Origin: Scyliorhinus canicula | Taxonomy: Eukaryota | DNA length: 64,000 bases | Assembly (NCBI RefSeq): GCF_902713615.1 | Contig: NC_052157.1 | Location: forward strand, 61,220,146 to 61,284,145 | Direction: 5' to 3' | In this document: positions 10,771 to 21,100 of the stretch, piece after piece | How positions within the stretch are numbered: the first letter of the stretch is position 1 | Layout: each line of letters opens with the position of its first letter | Translations under genes and position numbers: made by a program | The notes under the pieces: model-generated | The model's database searches: none | The model's input: the letters and a program-made list of their open reading frames with translations, nothing else | Told to the model about the DNA's origin: nothing

Positions 10771-11924
10771 GACAGTTCAGCGCTTAACATGGCAAATCAC
10801 CGAACCTGCACATCTTTGTTTGTGGAGATGAGACCCATGCAGAGAGGGGGAGAAGTGCAAACTCAATCGGGACAGTGACCAGGGGCCGGGATCGAACCCG
10901 GTGTTCTTGAAAATACAAAAAAATGTGTCATTTGAAACATGGAAGTCTGGCAATATCTGGTCTGAGATGATACAGGGAAAGATCCCACAAAAGGTTAATG
11001 GCAGCTGCAAAGAGCAGGATTATAAAATGCAGATTCTTTCTCACAAGCAGGCTTAGCAAACACACAGGTTTCATGTATTAAGCTAAAACAATGGCTCACA
11101 CCTTTATTGAAAGTAAATATCTTAGGAAGAATCTGGAAAAGCATGGATGAGAGTTTCAATTGAATTAAATGACGAATGTTTAAAGCAGGCAGGTCTTTCA
11201 AGTCATAACTGTGTTGTTCCTCGTGTCTTAATAAAGCTCGCAGTCTCAAGTGTGGAGAAGATGCTTTATTGTGGGTTCGTTCAGTTTCCAGAGCTCGACC
11301 TAGAACTACCTTCCAGTGCTAACTACCAGCTTTGCTTGCTGTGTGTCCTGCTTACCAGCCCCCCTGCTGTGAAGAGTGTGTCCTCACTTCCTGTCCTGAT
11401 GTATTTGTATGGCTCTCCCGTGCTCCCTCTAGTGGTCGCTCAGTTGTGTTGCATCTGGTTAACTTGTGATCACCACATCCCCCTTTTTCTCTTAACATAT
11501 TTTCTGAACATCGTTAAAGAAAATTGTATATCCTGTCCCAGTGTATTTATAGCTCTCCCGCTCGTGTTTGCTCTGTTGTTTTTGTATCTGGTCAATCTAC
11601 GATCACCACATCCCCCTCTTTCTCATTACATAGTTTCTGTACATCATTAAGGAAAATTATACAAAACAGTAACTTATGATATGCGTATCTATACAAGTGA
11701 TGATGCTATTGCCTTGGTTAACAAAGCCAATGTATTTATATGTCCAAACTTAATAAACACATTTATGAGTCCAAACTTGATGAATGTGTTCAGAGCTTTT
11801 TTTTTTTTTTTTTGTTTTGTTGTTGATGACGTGGTGATATTGATATTGCAAGTCCGCTGTGAGTGTTGTTGGTGTTCCTTGTTATCTTAAGTACCCAATG
11901 CGTCATCCCGAGGTGTTTGCATGG

Positions 11925-14900
11925 TCACATCACTGATGTTGACTGGCATGGACTTTTTTTTTTTTTTTTTTTGTGCTTGTGGTGTTGATTTATTGTCTCA
12001 TCCGCCTTGGATGCTGGTGTGCTTGCTTGTTCTGGAGCAGACGTGAGTTTGTGCGATTCGTTGTCATCCCATGACATGTTTGTAGTCTTGTTATCGTTTT
12101 GCAGTGTGCTGTGGCATCGTCCATCATGTGCCAAGTAGTGCCATTGTGTACAAGTCGTTGTTTCATTGCTGTTGTTTCTGTCGTTCCTGTTTTTGTTGTT
12201 TCCGTTGCCGTACTTGTCGCTGTTTTTGTCGTTTCCGTCTTTGTTGTTGTCGCTATCTTTGCTCCTGACTTTGTTGTGTTTGTTGCCATTCTTGTTGTTT
12301 CTGCCTCTGTCGTTGTCGCTATCTTTGTGCCTGACGTTGTTGTTTGTCTTGTTGCGCTTCATGTTGCTTTTATTCTTGCTGTTGTCGTTCTCGTTTCTGC
12401 TGTGCTTCTTGCTATTGTTGTTTGTCTTGTCGCGCTTCATGTTGCTTTTCTTCTTGCTGTTGTCGTTCTCGTTTCTGCTGTGCTTCTTGCTATTGTTGTT
12501 GGTCTTGTCGCGCTTCATGTTGTTTTTGTTCTTGCTGTGTTTCTTTTGACTTTTGTTTTTCTTGTTATACTCTATGAGTGTCCCGAGTGGATAATTTGAG
12601 TCATTGAGCATTCCGTCTCGCGAGTGGTGCGAATGATCTGATGTTGCATCGGTGCAGGTGACATCAATCAGTTGTGGAGAATTGGATTCCGCATCTTTGC
12701 TTTCTTGGTGCTCGTCTTCCGGAGTCAAAGTCTTCTTGATTACATTTGACGCGGTGTCTGTGGACTCTCGGCGCTCCTCTTCTGGAGTCCAAATCTGCAT
12801 GATTTCAGTTGACGTGGTTTCTCTAGACTCTTGGTGCTCCGCTTCTGGAGTTAAAATCTTCATGATTTCTGTTGATGTTATCTCACTGGACTCCAGGTGC
12901 TCCTCTTCTGGAGTCAAAATCTGCATGTTTTCTTTCTGTTTGATGTCTCTGGACTCCAGGTGCTCCTCTTCTGGAGTCAGAATCTGCATGGTTTCTTTCG
13001 GCATTGTCTCTGTGGACTCCAGGTGCTCCTCTTCTGGAGTCAAAATCTGCATGTTTTCTTTTGGCATTGTCTCTCTGGGCTCCAGGTGCTCCTCTTCTGG
13101 AGTCAAAATCTGCATGTTTTCTTTCGGCATCGTCTCTCTGGACTGTTGGGTGGCCCGACTCTGTGCTTCTGTACAGACAAGCTGAGAACTGTCAGTCTCA
13201 CTGTGATCCTGTACGTCGAGTGCGAGCACCTTGTCACTGTTTTCGCTCTGTGCTTCGGTACAGACAAGCTGAGAACTGTCAGTCTCACTGTGATCCTGTA
13301 CGTCGAGTGCGAGCACCTTGTCACTGTTTTCGCTCTGTGCTTCGGTACAGACAAGCTGAGAACTGTCAGTCTCACTGTGATCCTGTACGTTGAGTGTGAT
13401 CACCTTGTCACTGTCTTCGCATGCAGTGGGCAGAGGTGCATTGTCTTCTTCTTGTTCCTGTGAGCGTGTTGGACTTTCATAGTCGGCTCTTTCTTCTTGT
13501 TCCTGTGAGCGTGTTGGACTTTCATAGTCCGCTCTTTCTTCTTGTTCCTGTGAGCTTGGTAGACTTTCATAGTCTGCTTGCGGTTGCTCAGGTACAGCGG
13601 GTTTACCTTCATGGTCTTGTTCATGCTTGGTGTCCGCCCGGGAGTGTTTGCTTGCATCCCTGTTGGCGTCTTTCATCACTCGCACTGTGGAGCCTGTCAT
13701 CGCTCGCTCCGTGGAGTCTTCCTGTGCTCTCTGTGTGGCGTCGTCTTCGTCTTGGGTATTGCTGTCATCCAATGTATCGACGAGCTGCCATGGCACCATG
13801 GTGTTGGATTCATCCACCATGAGTAGAGTCGTGTTGAGCTTTGCAACGGTGTCGCTGATGCTGTGATCAGCATGTCCAAATAACTCCTCCATGTCTGAGT
13901 AGTATTCTTTGAAACCCATTTCATCTTCGTTGGCTTCTTCTACCACGAGTTGATTCGTGTTGAACTTTGCGACCGTGTCGCTGATGCTGTGATAAGCATA
14001 TCCGACTGACTCAGCTGTGTCTGAGTAGTATTCTCCGAAAACCAAATCATCCTGGTTGGATTCTTCTACCACGAGTTGATTCGTGTTGAACTTTGCGACC
14101 GTGTCGCTGATGCTGTGATAAGCATATCCGACTGACCCAGTCAGGTCTGAGAGGTAATCGTCGAAAAACAAATCATCTTTTGTTGTTTCGGAATTCTTTT
14201 TGTTCGCTTCACTGTGTGTGGCGAAGGCAGCTTTTTCCAAGGTTTTGTGCAAGTTGTTTTTCACTGTTGGTTTAAGTTCAGGCGTTTTTCTGTGTTCTGA
14301 GGCAAGAAAATTTGGTTTTACCACTTTAAGTGTCTTGTTTTCAATTTTCGGGCATTTCCCTTTTAAGTGGGCGTGGTCAGGATTCTCAGACGTCATGACG
14401 TCACGCGTAGGAACGACTTGCACATGCGCAAATCGGCTTTCTTGCCTTGTGCGGTTCGGTGTCCATTGCGCATGCGCGGCTTGCGCATGCGCATGACGGT
14501 CCGCGACGAAGACTTTTTTTGACTGCGCATGCGCGGCTTGCGCATGCGCATAACGATCCGCGACGCGATCTTTTGTAAACTGCGCATGCGCGACTTCCGG
14601 TTCCGGCGCATGCGCGACTTCCGGTTCCGGCGCATGCGCAACTTCCGGTTCCGGCGCATGCGCAGACGCGATTTGTAGTTCTTTGCTTACCAGAGACTGC
14701 AAAATGTGCTCCGACGCCATTTTATCGCGGATTTCAGCGTTTTTTCTTTCTAAAAGTTGTAAGTTACCTTTTCTTTCCGATCTGGACTGGATTTCAGCGT
14801 TTTGGCTTTGTGAAAAATTCATGTTATTTCTTCTTTTTGATCTGTACTGTGCATTCGCGATTTCCTGATCTTTTTGTGATTTTTTAAGTTTTGCATCACT

Positions 14901-15326
14901 CAGTCTCTCTGCAGTTTGGACTGTGAGCATGCCTTGCTGTTCAAATTTCTCACAGTACTCTTCAAATTTGTTTAGTAACGTTTGTAAGCTGTTCCTGTCT
15001 TCACCTTTTGAGTGTTTAAATCCATTATACACTTTCTTATTGACAGGCCCTTCGATGAGAATTGCTATTTTAATTTTGTCTGAGGCGTCTGCTACATCAT
15101 TAGCTATGAGATAAAAATCGAACATTTGTTTGAATCTTTTCCAGACATTTATTACATTACCAGTCGTGTCCAGCTGAGGTGGGTATCCATGCCACATCCT
15201 CGAATTAGCGACGTCTTCCCAAGTCAAATGTCCAGCAGGAGATCTCCATGCCATTCTTGGTTGAGATTTCCATGCCATGTTTTTTTTTTTTTGTTTTCTG
15301 TATCTGCAGCTGAGTTGTCCTGTCAT
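11925..15326 (-). CDS. Intact 1133-aa Gag-derived, repeat-rich, probably disordered protein of element 3 (no PR/RT/RH/IN)
   Basis: Uninterrupted ORF. The N-terminal ~130 aa resemble a Gypsy Gag N-domain, with a degenerate knuckle AHLKGKCP. Internal repeats of 8, 42, 15, 29, 20 and 26 aa, and a Lys-rich C-terminus. Confidence 0.8.
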   Translation of the reverse strand: MTGQLSCRYRKQKKKNMAWKSQPRMAWRSPAGHLTWEDVANSRMWHGYPPQLDTTGNVINVWKRFKQMFDFYLIANDVADASDKIKIAILIEGPVNKKVYNGFKHSKGEDRNSLQTLLNKFEEYCEKFEQQGMLTVQTAERLSDAKLKKSQKDQEIANAQYRSKRRNNMNFSQSQNAEIQSRSERKGNLQLLERKNAEIRDKMASEHILQSLVSKELQIASAHAPEPEVAHAPEPEVAHAPEPEVAHAQFTKDRVADRYAHAQAAHAQSKKVFVADRHAHAQAAHAQWTPNRTRQESRFAHVQVVPTRDVMTSENPDHAHLKGKCPKIENKTLKVVKPNFLASEHRKTPELKPTVKNNLHKTLEKAAFATHSEANKKNSETTKDDLFFDDYLSDLTGSVGYAYHSISDTVAKFNTNQLVVEESNQDDLVFGEYYSDTAESVGYAYHSISDTVAKFNTNQLVVEEANEDEMGFKEYYSDMEELFGHADHSISDTVAKLNTTLLMVDESNTMVPWQLVDTLDDSNTQDEDDATQRAQEDSTERAMTGSTVRVMKDANRDASKHSRADTKHEQDHEGKPAVPEQPQADYESLPSSQEQEERADYESPTRSQEQEERADYESPTRSQEQEEDNAPLPTACEDSDKVITLNVQDHSETDSSQLVCTEAQSENSDKVLALDVQDHSETDSSQLVCTEAQSENSDKVLALDVQDHSETDSSQLVCTEAQSRATQQSRETMPKENMQILTPEEEHLEPRETMPKENMQILTPEEEHLESTETMPKETMQILTPEEEHLESRDIKQKENMQILTPEEEHLESSEITSTEIMKILTPEAEHQESRETTSTEIMQIWTPEEERRESTDTASNVIKKTLTPEDEHQESKDAESNSPQLIDVTCTDATSDHSHHSRDGMLNDSNYPLGTLIEYNKKNKSQKKHSKNKNNMKRDKTNNNSKKHSRNENDNSKKKSNMKRDKTNNNSKKHSRNENDNSKNKSNMKRNKTNNNVRHKDSDNDRGRNNKNGNKHNKVRSKDSDNNKDGNDKNSDKYGNGNNKNRNDRNNSNETTTCTQWHYLAHDGRCHSTLQNDNKTTNMSWDDNESHKLTSAPEQASTPASKADETINQHHKHKKKKKKSPCQSTSVM
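14387..14663. promoter_or_regulatory. Cluster of NRF1-like (8x GCGCATGCGC), ETS/GABPA-like (3x ACTTCCGG) and CRE (TGACGTCA) motifs inside the element-3 ORF
   Basis: Motifs counted directly in the sequence; function untested. Confidence 0.45.
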
Positions 15327-18164
15327 AAGCGTCTGAAATCACTCCTAGGTACCATGTGTTGTTCCTCGTGTCTTAATAAAGCTCGCAGTCTCAAGTGTGG
15401 AGAAGATGCTTTATTGTGGGTTCGTTCAGTTTCCAGAGCTCGACCTAGAACTACCTTCCAGTGCTAACTACCAGCTTTGCTTGCTGTGTGTCCTGCTTAC
15501 CAGCCCCCCTGCTGTGAAGAGTGTGTCCTCACTTAGACCATGTGTTGTTCCTCGTGTCTTAATAAAGCTCGCAGTCTCAAGTGTGGAGAAGATGCTTTAT
15601 TGTGGGTTCGTTCAGTTTCCAGAGCTCGACCTAGAACTACCTTCCAGTGCTAACTACCAGCTTTGCTTGCTGTGTGTCCTGCTTACCAGCCCCCCTGCTG
15701 TGAAGAGTGTGTCCTCACTTCCTGTCCTGATGTATTTGTATGGCTCTCCCGTGCTCCCTCTAGTGGTCGCTCAGTTGTGTTGCATCTGGTTAACTTGTGA
15801 TCACCACAATAACCAAGTGAAATTTTAGCATACAGCTAAAAGCAAAGTTTCACACCTTAATTGAAATAAACTCTCTTAGTAAACAGATGGAAAGGATGGA
15901 TGATGCTCAGTCGAATTTGGTGTCAATTCTAAGTGTAAAATTCTACTAACATCAAGTCAATTAAAAGAAAATTGGAGACGACCTGTCTACGAGAGACATA
16001 ATTTAAAGTCAAAGTCAAAGGCAAAGTTATGAGCTGGGGACAATTGGAAAATTAAACGATTAGAAATCACAGAAATAAAAGTAACACCTATTGAAACTAA
16101 AGCATTTTTAAATCAGATCGGAGAGGTAACGTTATGCCCAAAATGAATAATTAGTTGTAGTAAAATGTTTACATCAAAGATACTTTTTAACAATCAAAGT
16201 GAAACAAGCTCATTTACAATAAAGTCGTTAAAACTTAATAACTCTTCGAAAGAGAATATAAACCCGAAGAAAGGGGACAGCCAGCAGAGCCAGAGCCAGT
16301 TCTCACAGCTTGGTACATGGGAAGGATAGGACACAGCAACCGAGTTCACCAGCGAATACATCTCAAGAAGACCAGACTTTAAAGAAGATTGATTGTCAAG
16401 GTGGGCCTGAAGGTCCCTTCAACCAACCAGCAGGATCCAGAAGCAAGATCTTTTTATCTTTCTGTTAAGAAAGTGTTTACAGCTTTAAAAAAAAATTATA
16501 ATAATAAAATAACTTAAAAGTTTTAACCTGAAACAGTGGTTATTAGCCTACTTTACTTACTTAACAACGCAGGACCCAGGACATCGATGCTACTAAGGGG
16601 GAAGTAGGTAAAATTCTTCGGTGAAGGTATGGGTTATACCGGGAGATACCTTGAAAATATAGTTTGACCTGAATAGCACCCACCGAAGCCTGCATCGGAG
16701 TCAGGGAGTGAGAACCCCTGTTCACCATTTAGAATATCGACCCTTTTTTGGTATAGGGGGAATTCTAAGAATAGTGGTGAGTTTTAACTTCACCGGGTCC
16801 TCAGCATTGCGAGGCAGCAGTGTTAACAATGCACCACCATGCCGCCCAGCAGCTCCCTCTATACTACTGTGACAGTGTAGCACTCCTTCAGTACTGACCC
16901 TCTGACAGTGGTGCGCTCCCGCAGTACTGACCCTCTGACAGCGCAGCACTCCCTCAGTACTGACCGTCCGGCAGTGCAGAACTCCCTCAGTACTGACTCT
17001 CCGACAGTGCAGTCCCTCCTCAGTACTGACCCTCCAAGAGTGTAGTGGTCCCTCCGTCCTGACCCTTTGACTTTGCAGCACTCCCTCAGTACTGACCCTC
17101 TGACAGTGCAGCACTCCCTCAGTACTGACCCTCTGACAGTGCAGCACTCCCTCAGTACTGACCCTCTGACAGTGCAGCACTCCCTCAGTACTGACCCTCT
17201 GACAGTGCAGCACTCCCTCAGTACTGACCCTCTGACAGTGCAGCACTCCCTCAGAACTGACCCTCTGAAAATGCAGCACTCCCTCAGTACTGACCCTCTG
17301 ACAGTGCAGTGCTCCCTCAGTACTGACCTTCTGACAGTGCAGCACTCCCTCAGTACTGACCCTCTGACAGTGCAGCACTCCCTCAGTACTGACCCTCTGA
17401 CAGTGCAGCACTCCCTCTGTACTGACCGTCCGGTAGTGCAGAACTCCCTCAGTACTGACTCTCCGACAGTGCAGTCCCTCCTCAGTACTGACCCTCCAAG
17501 AGTGTAGTGGTCCCTCCGTCCTGACCCTTTGACTTTGCAGCATTCCCTCAGTACTGACCCTCTGACAGTGCAGCACTCCCTCAGTACTGACCCTCTGACA
17601 GTGCAGCACTCCCTCAGTACTGACCCTCTGACAGTGCAGCACTCCCTCAGTACTGACCCTCTGACAGTGCAGCACTCCCTCAGTACTGACCCTCTGACAG
17701 TGCAGCACTCCCTCAGAACTGACCCTCTGAAAATGCAGCACTCCCTCAGTACTGAACCTCTGACAGTGCAGTGCTCCCTCAGTACTGACCTTCTGACAGT
17801 GCAGCACTCCCTCAGTACAGACCCTCCAAGAGTGCAGTGCTCCCTCCGTCCTGACCCTTTGACTTTGCAGCACTCCCTCAGTACTGATTCTCTGACAGTG
17901 CAGCACTCCCTCAGTAGTGACCCTCTGACAGTGCTGCTTTCCCTCAGAACTGACCCTCTGACAATGCAGCACCCTCTCAATACTGACTTTCCGACAGTGC
18001 AGCACTCCCTCAGTACTGACCCTCTGACAGTGCAGCACTCCCTCAGTACTGACCCTCTGACATTGCAGCGACCCCTCTGTACTGACCCTCTGACAGTGCA
18101 GCACTCCCTCAGTACTGACCCTCTGACAGTGCAGTACTCCCTCAGTACTATTACATACTAAGAC

Positions 18165-21100
18165 TATTACACTAAGATGTGTGGCCTACTACAGGAGCTG
18201 GCGTAATGGCTGCTGTGCGGGGAGCACACATATTTATACTCCGTCTACTGGGCTGAGCCAGTAGGCAGGGACTACCCCCGTACCTGTAGTACAGGGCCTT
18301 ACCACACATCTTCTCATATATACATCAGTGGTGACTACCACATTTACCCCTTGTTAAAATTGAGTCCGCTGGGGGTGATGGAGATCTATATACAGCACAA
18401 GTTTTAATATACAGAGGTCGCGAACCAATTACAGGTTTAGTTGGTCCGGAGCCTTGATCTGGCGCAGTGGTGGCGGCGATTCTGGCGTCTGTTTTGTCCT
18501 TGGTGACTCCGGGAGCGTGCCGAAATCCTCTTCATCCTCGGGCGTGGGCAGGGGGAGGATGGATGGTCCTGGGGGGTTGCTACTGGGTGCGCCTGGGAAG
18601 GGGAGAGAGGCGCCGGGCCGGAGGCGTGTGTGTGTGGAACCTGCTGGTGCCAGGTCCCTGAGGGAGACAGTATCTTCGCGGCTGTCGGGGCACGCTACGT
18701 AGGCATACTGGGGGTTAGCGTGGAGTAACTGCACCCTCGCCACCAACGGGTCCGCCTTGTGGAGTCGTACGTGCTTACGGAGGAGTACGGGTCCTGGAGC
18801 TGTGAGCCAAGTTGGGAGCGACACCCCCGTATGTGGAATTCCTTGGGAAGGCAAAGAGACGTTCATGGGGTGTGTCGTTAGTCGCAGTGCACAGGAGCGA
18901 CCAAATGGAGTGCAGTGCATCGGGGAGGACCTCCTGCCTGCAGGAGGCTGGGAGATTTCTGGACTGTAGGGCCAGCTGGACGGCCCTCCAGACTGTCACG
19001 TTCCCCCTCTCCACCTGCCCGTTTCCCCGGGGTTTATACCAGGTCGTCCTGCTCGAGGTGATACCCTTGCTGAGCAGGAACTGACGCAGCTCATCGCTCA
19101 TGAATGAGGATCCCCTGTCGCTGTGGACGTAGGCGGGGAAGCCGAACAGAGTGAAGATGGTGTTGAGGGCTTTGATGACGGTGGCAGACGTCATGTCAGG
19201 GCTTGGGATGGAGAAGGGGAATCTGGAGTACTCATTGACCACACTGAGGAAATAAGTGTTACGGTCGGTGGAGGGGAGGGGCCCTTTGAAGTCCACGCTG
19301 AGGCGTTAAAAAGGGGCGGGAGGCCTTCACCAGGCGTGCACGGTCTGGCTGGTAGAAGTGCAGTTTGCACTCCGCACAGACATGGCAGTCTCTGGTGATT
19401 GCCCGTAGTTCCTCGACAGAGTAGGGCAGATTGCGGGCCTTGATGAAGTGGTACAAACGTGTGACTCCCGGGTGACAAAGGTTGTCGTGCAGAGTCCGGA
19501 GTCAGTCCACAAGTGCGCTGGCACATGCACCTCGGGATAGGTCATCTGGGGGCTCGTTGAGCTTCCCTGGGCGATACAAAATCTCGTAGTTGTAGGTGGA
19601 CAGCTCGATCCTCCACCTCAAGATTTTATCGTTTTTGATCTTGCCCCGTTGTGTGTTGTTGAACATGAAGGCTACCGACCGTTGGCCAGTGAGGAGAGTA
19701 AATCTCCTGCCAGCCAGGTAATGCCTCCAATGCCGCACAGTTTCAACGATGGCTTGGGCCTCTTTTTCGACAGAGGAGTGCTGAATTTCGGAGGCATGAA
19801 GAGTTCATGAAAAGAATGCCAGGGGCCTGCCTGCCTGGTTGAGGGTGGCGGCTAGAGCGACGTCTGATGAGTCGCTCTCCATTTGAAAAGGTAACGTTTC
19901 GTCGACTGCGTGCATCGCGGCCTTGGCGACGTCAGCCCTAATACAGTTGAAGGCCTGGTGAGCCTTGGCCGTCAAGGGGAAAAGAGTGGATTGGATGAAT
20001 GGGCGGGCCTTGTCCGCATAATTGGGGACCTACTGGGCGTAGTAAGAAAAAAATCCCAGGCAGCATTTGAGGGCCTTGGGGCAGTGGGTGTTCCATGAGG
20101 GGGCTCATGCGATCGGGGTCGGGCCCCAGAACTCCGTTCTGGAGCACATAGCCGAGTTGGTTAAGCAGTTCGTGCTGAACACGCACTTCTCCTTGTTATA
20201 AGTGAGGTTGAGGAGAGTGGCAGTGTGGAGAAATTTGGCACTGTTGACATCATGGTCCTGCTGATCATGGCCGCAGATGGTGACATAATCTAGGTATGGG
20301 AAAGTGGCCTGCAGCCCGTACCGGTCGACCATTCGGTCCATCTCCCATTGGAAGAGCGGGACCCCGTTGGTGACGCCGAAGGGAACCCTAAGAAAATGGT
20401 AGAGGCAGCCATCTGCCTAGAAGGCAGTGTATGGGCGGTCCGCCTTACGGATGGGGAGCTGGTGGAAGGCGGATTTTAGGTCCACAAATGAGAAGACCCC
20501 GTACTGTGCAATCTGATTGACCATATCAGATATGCGTGGGAGGGGGTACGCATCGAGCTGCGTGTACCGATTGATGGTCTGGCTGTAGTCCACGACCCTT
20601 CGGTGTTTCTCCCCAGTTTTCACCACCACCACTTGAGCTCCGCAGGGGCTGTTGCTGGCCTCGATGATGCCTTCCCGAAGCAGCCGTTGGACCTCGGACC
20701 TGATGAAGGTCCCGTCCTGGGCACTGTACCATCTGCTCCTGGTGGCGACGGGTTTGCAATCCGGGGTTAGGTTTGCGAATAGGGAAGGGTCGACCTTCAT
20801 GGTCGCGAGGCCGCACACAGTGAGGGGTGGTAGGGGCCAGCCGAATTACAGTGTTCGGCTCTGGAGGTTACGCTGGATGTCCAGGCCGAGTAGCAGGGCA
20901 GCGCAGAGGTTGGGGAGGATGTAGAGGCGGAAGCCGCTGAATTCTATGCCCTGGACCATGAGCGTGGCTATACAGCACCCCCGGATCGCCACGGAGTGGG
21001 ACCCGGAGGCCTGGGAGATTCTCTGATTGGCGGGGTGTACCGCGAGGGAGAAGAGCCTTACCGTATTGGGACGGATGAAGCTTTCGGTGCTCCCGGAGCC

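Larger units (their letters stand above)
11210..15808 (-). mobile_element. Young non-autonomous (pol-less) LTR element 3; LTRs 11210-11477 and 15541-15808, extra partial LTR 15355-15534
   Basis: The 268-bp TG...CA LTRs are identical by eye. 5-bp TSD ATAAC (11205-11209 and 15809-15813), PPT aaaaaggggga, and PBS tggtacc(t)aggagtg at 15337-15354 complementary to the tRNA-Leu(UAA) 3' end apart from a 1-nt bulge. Confidence 0.95.
10902..16792 (+). mobile_element. ~1.29-kb solo LTR (10902-11209 plus 15814-16792) split by element 3
   Basis: TG...CA ends flanked by a 4-bp TSD CCGG (10898-10901 and 16793-16796) that splits a SINE. TATAAA at 16257 and AATAAA at 16503 give the plus orientation. Confidence 0.75.
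10775..16850 (-). mobile_element. V-SINE-type element split by the solo LTR (10775-10901 plus 16797-16850)
   Basis: Halves rejoin as gatcgaacccgg|gtcctcagcattgcgaggcagcagtg; a similar intact copy lies at ~24905-25097. Confidence 0.7.

Noticed and set aside
12616-12625. BANP-like motif TCTCGCGAGT in element 3
   Set aside because: It is a single copy with a mismatch, far from the motif cluster, and plausible by chance.
11147-15828. Plus-strand ORFs 11147-11650, 15397-15828 and hydrophobic ORFs 12099-12599
   Set aside because: They are antisense readings of the LTR copies and of the Asn/Lys repeats of the element-3 ORF.
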